From an uncultured Acidobacteriota bacterium (GTDB lineage: Bacteria; Acidobacteriota; Blastocatellia; RBC074): a stretch of 64,000 nt of DNA. Under the pieces are notes generated by a model that was not told the origin of the DNA, searched no databases, and was given only the letters and a program-made list of their open reading frames with translations. The first letter of the stretch is position 1; each line of letters opens with the position of its first letter. Below, in pieces: positions 48,201 through 56,561 of this stretch. The position numbers were made by a program, and so were the translations under genes. The stretch spans positions 152,994 through 216,993 of the forward strand of contig CAWDDA010000015.1 of NCBI GenBank assembly GCA_963800895.1, written 5' to 3'.

Positions 48201-49100
48201 CTAGTTCTTTTTGTCGATCGAATAGACCTTCTTGCTGCAGGTGATATAAAGCGTCTTTCTGTCGCGTCCGCCAAAACCCACATTGCTCGCAAATTCCGGA
48301 ATCGGTATCAGGCCAAGCGACTTTCCATCAGAAGATGTAACCCAAACGCCGCCTCGCATTGCGAAGTACAGGTTCCCGTTCTCGTCTGAAGTCATACCGT
48401 CAGGATCATTCTGATTGTCTGTCTGCGGGTCGAAGAACACCTTGACGGCTCCCTGGTCTATCAGGCCGCCAGCAATTACAGGATATGAGTAAATGCGTTT
48501 TTCAAAGCTGTCGCCAACGTAGAGCGTTTTTCCGTCGTTCGAGACAAGTACACCATTCGGAATCTTCAGATGCGTTATTACCCTGTGCACCTTCTGCTCA
48601 GAATCGATGAAGTAGACTGCGCTCCGGGTTTTGCCTTGAAAGTCGGGGTCCGTGTAATAGATTCCTCCGCCGGGTGCCTCAGCGAGATCGTTAGGCTGGT
48701 TATAGGTCTGTCCCTCGAAGTTGCTCGTCAGACTTCGTATGTCTTCCGGACCCTCGGCTCCGATCTTCAAGCTCAACAGATTATGACCATACGCCTGGGC
48801 TCCGAGCAGACGGCCTGATCGCGAAATACGCATTCCATTTATTCCCTTGGTGTCGCGCATCCACACTGTTACCTTTCCCGGGGCATCCAGACGAAGAATC
48901 TGTTGAGTATCCTTCTTGAAAGCAGTGAAATAGAGCTTTCCGGTTGCCGGGTCCCATGCAGGCCCCTCAAAGAATGCATCGTCCTCGTAAACTGCCTTGA
49001 GCGTCGTGGCATCAAAGAACGTCGGCAGGTTTGTCTGCGCGGGGAACGGACTGAGATATAACAATATGAAGATGCTTGCGACCACCGTTGTAAGTTTCAT
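48201..49100 (-). CDS. SMP-30/gluconolactonase/LRE-like beta-propeller protein (secreted)
   Basis: The signal peptide is MKLTTVVASIFILLYLSPFPAQ. EGPAWD, NGMRISRSG, PNDLAEAPGGGIYYTDP, PNGVLVSNDGKTLYV and PDGMTSDENGNLY are SGL-repeat signatures. Confidence 0.8.
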   Translation of the reverse strand: MKLTTVVASIFILLYLSPFPAQTNLPTFFDATTLKAVYEDDAFFEGPAWDPATGKLYFTAFKKDTQQILRLDAPGKVTVWMRDTKGINGMRISRSGRLLGAQAYGHNLLSLKIGAEGPEDIRSLTSNFEGQTYNQPNDLAEAPGGGIYYTDPDFQGKTRSAVYFIDSEQKVHRVITHLKIPNGVLVSNDGKTLYVGDSFEKRIYSYPVIAGGLIDQGAVKVFFDPQTDNQNDPDGMTSDENGNLYFAMRGGVWVTSSDGKSLGLIPIPEFASNVGFGGRDRKTLYITCSKKVYSIDKKN

Positions 49101-50009
49101 GGCAATCGGATTATCAGTTCTTTCACCAGATCGAGACAAGCTGATCCGTATTGAAGAGGCGCGCGTCTCGATGGGATGTACCTACGCCATCGTTGCATAC
49201 ACAAGCGAGCCCGAAAAGACCACCCTACTGCTTAGCCAGGCCCTTGATGAGGTCGATCGAATAGATGCTCTTATGAGCCACTACAAGAAAGAGAGTGCGC
49301 TCTCCCGGATCAACCGGGAAGCCGCATTTCGCTCAATGGTGATCGACCGTGAGCTTTTCGACTTTATCGAGCGCTGCCTCGAGTACAGTCGCGTTTCCGA
49401 TGGCGCTTTCGACATTAACGGTCGGCCGTCTGATGAAGGTCTGGGGTTTCTTTGACGGCAATCCACGTGTGCCATCAGCAGAAGCACTCAGAGATGCAGT
49501 TGCACAGACTGGGTACAAACACGTGATTCTCAACAAAGGTGAGCGCTCGATACGCTTCGCGCGGCCCGGGATCGAGCTTGACACTGGCGGCATTGGAAAG
49601 GGCTATGCGGTTGATCGCGCGACTGCAATTCTGAAGTCGCACGGGGTCACGCGTGCACTTGTGAATGCCGGCGGAAGCACCATCTTTGCGATCGGTACGC
49701 CGCCGGCGGAGAGCGCGTGGGAGATTAAGATCGAGGGTTACGCTCCGGTAAGGCTGCGAGATCGTGCACTTTCAGTTTCCGGAGCCTACTCGAAGTCGTT
49801 CGAAAGTAATGGCATCAGGTACGGGCACATTCTTAGATCCGAGAACAGGGTGGCCGGTACAGGGAATTGATAAAGTCATTGTCATTGCCGGCTCGGGTAC
49901 CGAAGCAGATGCTCTCGATAACGTCTTGTTTGTGATCGGCCCGGAAGCATCACGTGAGTTTCTTAAACAGCGCGGAGGAGCAGAGGCTTTCTTTATTACG
50001 CGCCCGTGA
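49066..50009 (+). pseudogene. apbE: FAD:protein FMN transferase (ApbE family), two frameshifts
   Basis: SALSRINREA, DGAFDI|VGRLMKVWGF, DTGGIGKGYAVD, SVSGAYSKSFESNGIRYGHIL|DPRTGWP and TEADALDNVLFV are collinear across three frames. The shifts lie near 49415 and 49835. ATG 49171 is an alternative start. Confidence 0.7.
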
Positions 50010-50015
50010 GAGAGT

Positions 50016-50125
50016 GGCGAATGTCGCCATCCCGGGAGCGCCAGGCTCCAGCCTGGCGCGTGTGGTGTCGCCGAAACCCCTGGTCTTGCTGACGCGCCAG
50101 GCTGGAGCCTGGCGCTCCCGGGATG
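50016..50125. repeat. Family-F hairpin-of-hairpins palindrome
   Basis: A small hairpin GGCGAATGTCGCC lies at 50016-50028. The arms are CATCCCGGGAGCGCCAGGCTCCAGCCTGGCGCG (50028-50060) and CGCGCCAGGCTGGAGCCTGGCGCTCCCGGGATG (50093-50125). Each arm contains GCGCCAGGC...GCCTGGCGC. Confidence 0.9.
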
Positions 50126-50127
50126 CA

Positions 50128-51048
50128 CTACGGTTTCTTCAGCTCAACAATTGAATAGGGGCCGATTCGGGGAAGCGTGAATTCAATCGCGTCGGTGCCG
50201 AAGATAACATCCTCAAGGTTGAGCGCGCCTGGACCGAAAGAACTCGCGCTCGAAGTTTTATATGCTCCTGTCACCCGCACTCGAATACCTTCAACCTCGC
50301 GGCCGCTGTAATTGAGGATGTGAAGCCTCGCGCCGGTGGGGTTCCTCAGCAGGCGGCAGATTACTACGTCACTTCCATACACTCTGATCGATCGCTCTTC
50401 GTCGGTGAGTTGCCGTCGAATCTTCAACGCGAACTCACTGGGGTCAGCCATTTCAGGTCCCGGTTTGACATTGACCTTGTACTCTGACGACGCTGCGTCG
50501 ACGATTCTAAAGAGAAGGTTGCGACGAGAAAGAAGATTGAGCGCTTCGCCTGTTATTGGCGATCCATCGTCCACAACGCCTATGTCGGCAACCGGCCGCA
50601 TATCGGTGTCGGGGATTTGCTTAAGAAAGCTGAGCAGGCGGCCAGTTTCATTGATGTCTGCAGGACCGATTTTGAGCACAACGTCTGCCTGATACACAAA
50701 ACTCTCCGCCGCTGCCAGCGGCCCGTTGTTTCGGCCGAGAACGTTGTGCACAAACGATCCCGAAGGTTGACGAATAAAGCGCCAGCCATTGGCAACAACC
50801 CAGGGACTACGTGTCGGTGAAGCCTGATCGGCGCGTGCAATGATGCCGGGAGATTCAAGGAGTGTGCGCTTCGCGAGCTGAGCAGAAGTGATCGTGACAA
50901 CCTCGAAGCCGGCTTTCCGCCACTTGGCTGCGGCAGGGGGCGTCACAGCGATCCTGTCAATTCCTGCGCGCTTAAGGGCCGGCGCCGTTTCGATCCCGTG
51001 CTGCCAGAAGATGAGCGGAAGAAGCGCAACGGCGAGGAGGATACTCAT
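50128..51048 (-). CDS. Hypothetical exported protein
   Basis: 306 aa with an N-terminal hydrophobic signal (MSILLAVALLPLIF). The start overlaps the stop of the DUF362 gene (ATGA). I recognise no domain. Confidence 0.5.
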   Translation of the reverse strand: MSILLAVALLPLIFWQHGIETAPALKRAGIDRIAVTPPAAAKWRKAGFEVVTITSAQLAKRTLLESPGIIARADQASPTRSPWVVANGWRFIRQPSGSFVHNVLGRNNGPLAAAESFVYQADVVLKIGPADINETGRLLSFLKQIPDTDMRPVADIGVVDDGSPITGEALNLLSRRNLLFRIVDAASSEYKVNVKPGPEMADPSEFALKIRRQLTDEERSIRVYGSDVVICRLLRNPTGARLHILNYSGREVEGIRVRVTGAYKTSSASSFGPGALNLEDVIFGTDAIEFTLPRIGPYSIVELKKP

Positions 51049-52160
51049 ACTTCAATGCTGGTAACATTGATAGCGTTCAGATCGTATACGCCGAGTCCAA
51101 GTTTGGATGCATATTCGATATGCCCTGGCTCGCGGATGATGATGTTGACATTGGGATGCAGATCCCTCGCCCTGGTATTATCGATCTTAAGGAATTCCGG
51201 TGATCGGTTCCAGATGGAAATGGCGCCTTCTGCTTTTCGCTTTTCATCGATAATGTCGAGCAGCAGCCGGTCTATTGCTACCGGATCGGTTCCTATCATG
51301 ATCTGTCGCGGCGAGAATACATATCGCTCTGTACGAGCGAAAGGACCGCCATGCCAGACAGCGCGCAATCCATCCATTATCTGAAGCACCGTCCGCGATC
51401 TTAAAGGTTCGACAGATGCGAGCGTGCCGACAAACGAATGAGTAAATGACTTACCCTTATGGTGTGTCCGGGCAACATTTGAAAAACTGCCGTAAGAGAT
51501 ATTCTTCAGGCACCCGGTCACGCCCGTTGCGCCGTGATCTTTCATGTTGGGAATATTGATAATCTTGGTGACCCGTTCGCTTACGAGCCGCATCATGTTT
51601 GAACGAGTGTCTTCCTCACCGAAGAAGTCCGCTTCAACATACGTGTTGGCGTCATAGGATCGACGTTCTCCACGTTTGCTTTCGGCGGCCACAATTTCCA
51701 CGCCTTTAGGAATGTGCGGAACATAGTTCACCGAATTGAGCTGATCCAGAAATCGTTCGTAGATGATGATCTGCGATTCTTTGATGCCCACCGCCATCAG
51801 ATTCTTCACAACTTCCGTGACAATTGAGGGAGACGAGACCACCCACGGCCGGCCACCGCAGTTCACCTTGATTCCTACGATGTCGGAAGGCTCAAAGAAT
51901 CGGCGCCAGGAGGCAATTGCAGTCGATTCTCCCGTTAGAGCAAGCATCCCTCTAAGCAACATCTCACGCACGTCATCTGCGCCAACAGGATCACGTTTTG
52001 ACTTGAGCGAGATGACGCGTCCGGGAAACGGACCTGGCATACCCGGAAGTGCTGTCGGTTTGAACGTGCTCACAATGCGGTAACGTGGAACGTCATCTGC
52101 TCGCGCGCCCGTGACGATCGGAGCCGCCCCGAGAATCTGCATGAAAGTTCGGCGATCCAT
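51045..52160 (-). CDS. Tat-exported DUF362 domain protein
   Basis: The twin-arginine signal is MDRRTFMQILGAAPIVTGA. IVGIKVNCGG...IINIPNMKDHG...GTDPVAIDR matches my recollection of DUF362. Confidence 0.65.
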   Translation of the reverse strand: MDRRTFMQILGAAPIVTGARADDVPRYRIVSTFKPTALPGMPGPFPGRVISLKSKRDPVGADDVREMLLRGMLALTGESTAIASWRRFFEPSDIVGIKVNCGGRPWVVSSPSIVTEVVKNLMAVGIKESQIIIYERFLDQLNSVNYVPHIPKGVEIVAAESKRGERRSYDANTYVEADFFGEEDTRSNMMRLVSERVTKIINIPNMKDHGATGVTGCLKNISYGSFSNVARTHHKGKSFTHSFVGTLASVEPLRSRTVLQIMDGLRAVWHGGPFARTERYVFSPRQIMIGTDPVAIDRLLLDIIDEKRKAEGAISIWNRSPEFLKIDNTRARDLHPNVNIIIREPGHIEYASKLGLGVYDLNAINVTSIEV

Positions 52161-52615
52161 CAGATGTAAGCTATCACGTCTATTTCGACGAGTGAATCTC
52201 CGGGAATGCCTCCGGCGGCGGCTATTGTCGTTCTCACGGGCGGTTCCTCACCAAATCGGCCTCGGAACACTTCATTCATTGCCTGATAGTCCTTGAGATC
52301 ATTCAGATACACGTTGCACTTGAGTACCTTGTCCATCGAGGACCCGGCATTGACGAGCTCCTTTTCAACCTCGTCGAGAACGTGCTTGGTGTGCGCCTTG
52401 ATATCGCCCTTGAAATGCGCGCCTTTCCCTGCGATGAAAAGGAGATTGCCGAACGAGACGGCACCGGAAAAGAGCGGCGTCGTTGTGGGCCTGGTTCCGC
52501 GATAATGAACTTTCTTCTTTGCGGTCTGGGGCGTCTGCCCTTTTGCCATGATTGGAGTCGCGGCGACGGCGCCGGCCACCGCAGCCTTGAAAACTTTGCG
52601 TCTCTGTGAGTTCAT
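52160..52615 (-). CDS. Tat-signal RidA/YjgF/L-PSP family enamine/imine deaminase
   Basis: The N-terminus is MNSQRRKVFKAAVAGAVAATPIMA. The RidA core is LFIAGKG...HVLDEVEKELVNAGSSMDKVLKCNVYLNDLKDYQAMNEVF...PVRTTIAAAGGIPGDSLVEIDVIA. ATG 52615 is the preferred start. Confidence 0.8.
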   Translation of the reverse strand: MNSQRRKVFKAAVAGAVAATPIMAKGQTPQTAKKKVHYRGTRPTTTPLFSGAVSFGNLLFIAGKGAHFKGDIKAHTKHVLDEVEKELVNAGSSMDKVLKCNVYLNDLKDYQAMNEVFRGRFGEEPPVRTTIAAAGGIPGDSLVEIDVIAYI

Positions 52616-52674
52616 ACGAGTGTTCCTTTGCGTCCTTTCCGTCTGTTTCGATTGATCTACGAGCGAGGTGTTCA

Positions 52675-53886
52675 ATGACTGATCGTCGCAGTTTCCTGCA
52701 GGGCGTCTCAAGCCTTCCACTTATTTCTGCCTCGGTCCAGGGGGCGCCCGGTGCCACTGCGTCGGGACCGCGTGATGTCCTGAAGGAACTCAATGTTCGC
52801 AAGTTCATCAACGCTGCCGGCACCTACACCGTCTTAACAGCGTCGCTGATGCGCTCTGAAGTAGTTGAAGCGATGAACCAGGCAGCGCACCATTTCGTGA
52901 ATCTGAACGAACTGCACGAGGCAGCTGGCCGCCGAATTTCAGAGTTGCTTCGCTGCGACGCGGCAATGGTGACCTCAGGAGCGGCTGCGGCTCTTACGGT
53001 TGGCACAGCCGCCTGCATTACGGGAAAGAATCCCGACTTCATTCGCCGAATCCCGGACGTAACCGGAATGAAGAACGAGGTCATAATACAGAAGTCTCAC
53101 CGATACGGCTATGACCATGCTGTCCGTAACTGCGGCATCAGGTTCATCGAGGTTGAGTCTGCAGATGAGCTCGAGCGCGCTCGGAACGAGCGGACAGCAA
53201 TGATGCTCTTCTTTCACGCAGCTGAACCAAAAGGCAAGGTGACGGCAAAGGACTTCGTCGCACTCGGAAAAAAGCATCAAGTGCCGACCTTTATTGATGC
53301 TGCAGCGAACGTGCCTCCTACTGAACAGCTTTGGAATCTGACAAAGATGGGTTTCGACCTGGTCACGTTTTCGGGCGGAAAGGGAATTGGAGGTCCCCAG
53401 AGCGCCGGCTTGCTCATGGGCCGTCGTGATCTGATCGAAGCGGCGCGCATGAATTGTTCGCCAAACAGCGATTCGATCGGACGCGGGATGAAGGTGAATA
53501 AAGAAGAGATCGTTGGAATGCTAGTCGCGCTTGAACTCTATTTGAAGCGGGATGCAAAGGCAGAAGCCGAAGAATGGGCACGTCGTGCTGATCTGATTGT
53601 TGCGAGTGTGTCAGGCATCAAGGAGATTACTACGAAAGTGGATGTTCCTCCGATTGCGGACCACGTTCCGCACATCAGGCTGAGCTGGGATAAGGCGGCA
53701 CTTGCACTCACAAGCGATGAGATACGTAAGAGACTGCGCGAGGGAAACCCGTCGATTGAGATCGTTCCATCTGGCAGTCCTCCCGGAGACCCGCGCCAGG
53801 AGATCCAGGTCGGAGTGTGGCAACTTCAGCCGGGAGAAGCCTCCGTGGTTGCGAGAAGGGTGAAAGAAGCGTTCACCGGCATGTAG
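52675..53886 (+). CDS. Tat-signal PLP-dependent enzyme of the SelA / D-glucosaminate-6-phosphate ammonia-lyase-like fold
   Basis: The twin-arginine signal is MTDRRSFLQGVSSLPL. INAAGTYTVLTASLM is present, and FSGGKGIGGPQSAGLLMGR resembles the SelA-type PLP-lysine motif S(G)GDKLLGGPQAG. Confidence 0.7.
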   Translation: MTDRRSFLQGVSSLPLISASVQGAPGATASGPRDVLKELNVRKFINAAGTYTVLTASLMRSEVVEAMNQAAHHFVNLNELHEAAGRRISELLRCDAAMVTSGAAAALTVGTAACITGKNPDFIRRIPDVTGMKNEVIIQKSHRYGYDHAVRNCGIRFIEVESADELERARNERTAMMLFFHAAEPKGKVTAKDFVALGKKHQVPTFIDAAANVPPTEQLWNLTKMGFDLVTFSGGKGIGGPQSAGLLMGRRDLIEAARMNCSPNSDSIGRGMKVNKEEIVGMLVALELYLKRDAKAEAEEWARRADLIVASVSGIKEITTKVDVPPIADHVPHIRLSWDKAALALTSDEIRKRLREGNPSIEIVPSGSPPGDPRQEIQVGVWQLQPGEASVVARRVKEAFTGM

Positions 53887-54073
53887 TACTGCTCCGTAGG
53901 CGGAATCCCCATTATTTATCATTTGTCATTTGCCATTTATCATTTGTTATTTGTGATTTGTCATGGAAGGCGACTGCCGGAGAATGACAAACGACTTGCA
54001 CAAATAACAAATGACAAATGCAAATGACAAATGACAAATAATAAGGATTCCGTCTTCCTCGGTACTACCTGCC
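53878..54073. repeat. Composite palindrome: family-D-like outer arms + ATTTGTC heptamer stems
   Basis: GGCATGTAGTAC (53878-53889) provides the G-M-stop of the upstream gene. Seven heptamers ATTTATC/ATTTGTC/ATTTGCC... lie at 53914-53962. Complementary CAAATGA/CAAATAA heptamers lie at about 53999-54043. The outer right arm GGATTCCGTCTTCCTCGGTACTACCTGCC ends at 54073. Confidence 0.9.
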
Positions 54074-54106
54074 CACGGCCTGCGCTATACTCGCAGGGCT
54101 TCGGCA

Positions 54107-56041
54107 ATGGATACTCTTGAAGCCAAGAAATGTGAAAGTTGTAACACGACTTTCGACCGGGGAATTCAATTCTGTCCTAACTGCGGATCGCGTCTCGTAA
54201 CCATCAATACCATCCTTGGCCAGACGCTTGATGGGCGGTACCGAATTGATAATGTGCTTGGACGCGGCGGAATGGGAGTTGTCTACAAGGCAACCCACAT
54301 TCGGCTGGACGCGCCGTGTGCGGTTAAGATCCTTCACCGGGAGCTGGTTTCGAACCAGTTAGCCATCGAACGATTCAGGCGCGAGGCTCGAGCTGCGGGT
54401 CGGATACAACACCCGAATGCGATTCAAGTCACAGACTTCGGTGTAGCGGCCGACAATATAGTCTATCTGGTGATGGAGCTCGTGACCGGACAGACTCTCA
54501 GGGAGGTCATCAAATCGACTGGTCCACTGGATATTGACCGCGCGACCGCGATTCTCAGTCAGGTATGCGCTGCAGTCCAGGCAGCACACGACTCAGGAGT
54601 CATCCACCGCGATTTGAAACCTGACAACATCGTTCTACAACCCATTACCGGGGGCGACCGGGTGAAGGTCCTCGACTTCGGTATTGCCAAATTGCGAGAG
54701 CGGAGCATCCAGCCCGAGTCGCAGCCTCTCGACCCTGATTCCGGCAGCTTTGAAGGCACACTTACTGAGGCGGGTATGCTCATCGGCACCCCTCAATATA
54801 TGTCCCCAGAGCAGTGTCGCGCGCGGAAACTTGAACCGCAGTCGGACATCTACAGTCTCGGTGTAGTCCTCTTCGAGATGTTGAGCGGCGAATTGCCATT
54901 CACCGGTGAGACGCCGATGGAGATCGTTCTTAAGCAGATCAAGCAGGCGCCTCCACGAGTGCGCGAGCTCAGGCCTGAGATCCCTCCCTCAATTGATGAA
55001 GTGGTAGCAAGGGCATTGTCGAAAGATCCAAGCGAGAGATTCGCATCTGCTTCTGACTTTGCTCGCGAATTGGAGTTGGCAAAGAGATCGGCAGAACGGT
55101 ACCTGGTCGAATCGAAGCTACCAACTCTCGCGGGGGAATACGAGCAGCCGCGCCGCGTTACTGTAGTGCAGCGATCAGGCTCTGTTGAACAGCTTGAGTT
55201 GCCGCCTGAAGTGGTTTCGTCGTCCACGCGGAAGAAGCGCAACCTTAGCATCCCATTACTTGCAGTTCTCGGGCTATTGGTGCTGATTGCAATGGCGCTC
55301 GTGTCTTATTTCGTACTAAAAGGGCAGAAGGCTCCGGTAGTTCCCGACGGAATGGTCTACATTGAAGGTGGCCGGTTCCTGATGGGCCGCAATGATGGTG
55401 AGGAAGATGAGCGACCGGCGCATGAAGTGGCAGTTCCTTCATTCTTTCTAGACAAGTATGAGGTCACGAACCGGCAATACAGAGAGTTCGTTGATGCGAC
55501 GGGTCGCGAACGCCCCCGCCACTGGACGATCAATGGAGCATTTGACTCGGCAGATTCAAACTTGCCCGTCACCAATGTCACCTGGAATGATGCCCGTGAT
55601 TTCGCTATCTGGAAAGGGAAGCGGCTGCCGACCGAAGCTGAGTGGGAGTACGCGGCGCGAGGCGGCGCCAGACAGTGGTTATATCCATGGGGTGACGAGT
55701 ACCGTGAGGGAATAGCCAATGTCTATCGCAAGGGCAGCTCGAGGCTGGCGGTTATCGGAAGGTATGAGGACGATGTAAGTGTGAGCGGTGCCTACGACCT
55801 TGGCGGCAATGTGAGTGAATGGGTCGAAGATTCATTCAAACGGTATGGTGGTGTGGTCGATACGCCTTATAAGGTCTTTCGTGGTGGAAACTTTATGGAG
55901 CCGCCGGAAAAAGCGACTTCGACCTACCGGTGGTATGACACGCCTCGACCTCCCGATGAGAGCGATCGCGAAGGCTTTCTTTCTTATGTCGATCAGCAGC
56001 GGCGACTTGGATTTCGGTGTGCCACAGATATAAAGCAGTAA
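54107..56041 (+). CDS. Ser/Thr protein kinase with N-terminal zinc ribbon, one TM helix and extracytoplasmic FGE-sulfatase (SUMF1-like) domain
   Basis: The zinc ribbon is CESCNTTFDRGIQFCPNCG. The kinase motifs are GRGGMGVVYKA, HRDLKPDNI, DFGIAK and SPEQ. The TM helix is LLAVLGLLVLIAMALVSYFVL. The FGE domain reads RPAHEVAVPSFFLDKYEVTNRQY...RLPTEAEWEYAARGG. Confidence 0.85.
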   Translation: MDTLEAKKCESCNTTFDRGIQFCPNCGSRLVTINTILGQTLDGRYRIDNVLGRGGMGVVYKATHIRLDAPCAVKILHRELVSNQLAIERFRREARAAGRIQHPNAIQVTDFGVAADNIVYLVMELVTGQTLREVIKSTGPLDIDRATAILSQVCAAVQAAHDSGVIHRDLKPDNIVLQPITGGDRVKVLDFGIAKLRERSIQPESQPLDPDSGSFEGTLTEAGMLIGTPQYMSPEQCRARKLEPQSDIYSLGVVLFEMLSGELPFTGETPMEIVLKQIKQAPPRVRELRPEIPPSIDEVVARALSKDPSERFASASDFARELELAKRSAERYLVESKLPTLAGEYEQPRRVTVVQRSGSVEQLELPPEVVSSSTRKKRNLSIPLLAVLGLLVLIAMALVSYFVLKGQKAPVVPDGMVYIEGGRFLMGRNDGEEDERPAHEVAVPSFFLDKYEVTNRQYREFVDATGRERPRHWTINGAFDSADSNLPVTNVTWNDARDFAIWKGKRLPTEAEWEYAARGGARQWLYPWGDEYREGIANVYRKGSSRLAVIGRYEDDVSVSGAYDLGGNVSEWVEDSFKRYGGVVDTPYKVFRGGNFMEPPEKATSTYRWYDTPRPPDESDREGFLSYVDQQRRLGFRCATDIKQ

Positions 56042-56059
56042 CACGCGGGTCCGCGAAGT

Positions 56060-56557
56060 ATGACGGGACGTTATAGATCAACGAACGAGTCACTGATAGC
56101 ATTCATGTCGATAACTCTGACCTTCAGTCTCATTGGCATCAGTACCGTAGGTGCGCAGCCTAAGCGTTCGACTGGCGTAAAAGCTGACCCTGTGCCCGCT
56201 GGACCGAAGCGAAGTACTGGGGTTCGCGAGGAACAGAGCGTCACCACTCCCGCAGCGAGTGACCTTGAAAAGGTACTTACGGCCAGGCCGGTCGTGAGGA
56301 GCAAAGGCGTGATAGTCGTTATTGGAGTTCCAGGAGCAGAGATTACTTTCAAACTGTTGAGAGGTGAGACTCCCGGCCGCGGTACAAGATTCCAGTTGAA
56401 GGGAAAGAACAACACGCTTACTCTTTCCAATCTTGAACCGGGTTCTTATCTTCTCACGTTCGTACATCCGGATTATATGTTTAGAGAAGAGAAGGTCAGC
56501 ATCGGTGCTGGCGAAGTCAAAGCGCTGACGGATCTGCGTAGTTCCGAAGTTTGGTGA
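56060..56557 (+). CDS. PEGA-domain secreted protein, N-terminal fragment
   Basis: It has a signal peptide, two near-repeats PKRSTGV and a PEGA-like block (LSNLEPGSYLLTFVHPDY). It sits 18 nt after the kinase stop. It continues in the next ORF after a 1-nt shift near 56530-56545. Confidence 0.55.
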   Translation: MTGRYRSTNESLIAFMSITLTFSLIGISTVGAQPKRSTGVKADPVPAGPKRSTGVREEQSVTTPAASDLEKVLTARPVVRSKGVIVVIGVPGAEITFKLLRGETPGRGTRFQLKGKNNTLTLSNLEPGSYLLTFVHPDYMFREEKVSIGAGEVKALTDLRSSEVW

Positions 56558-56561
56558 AGTA

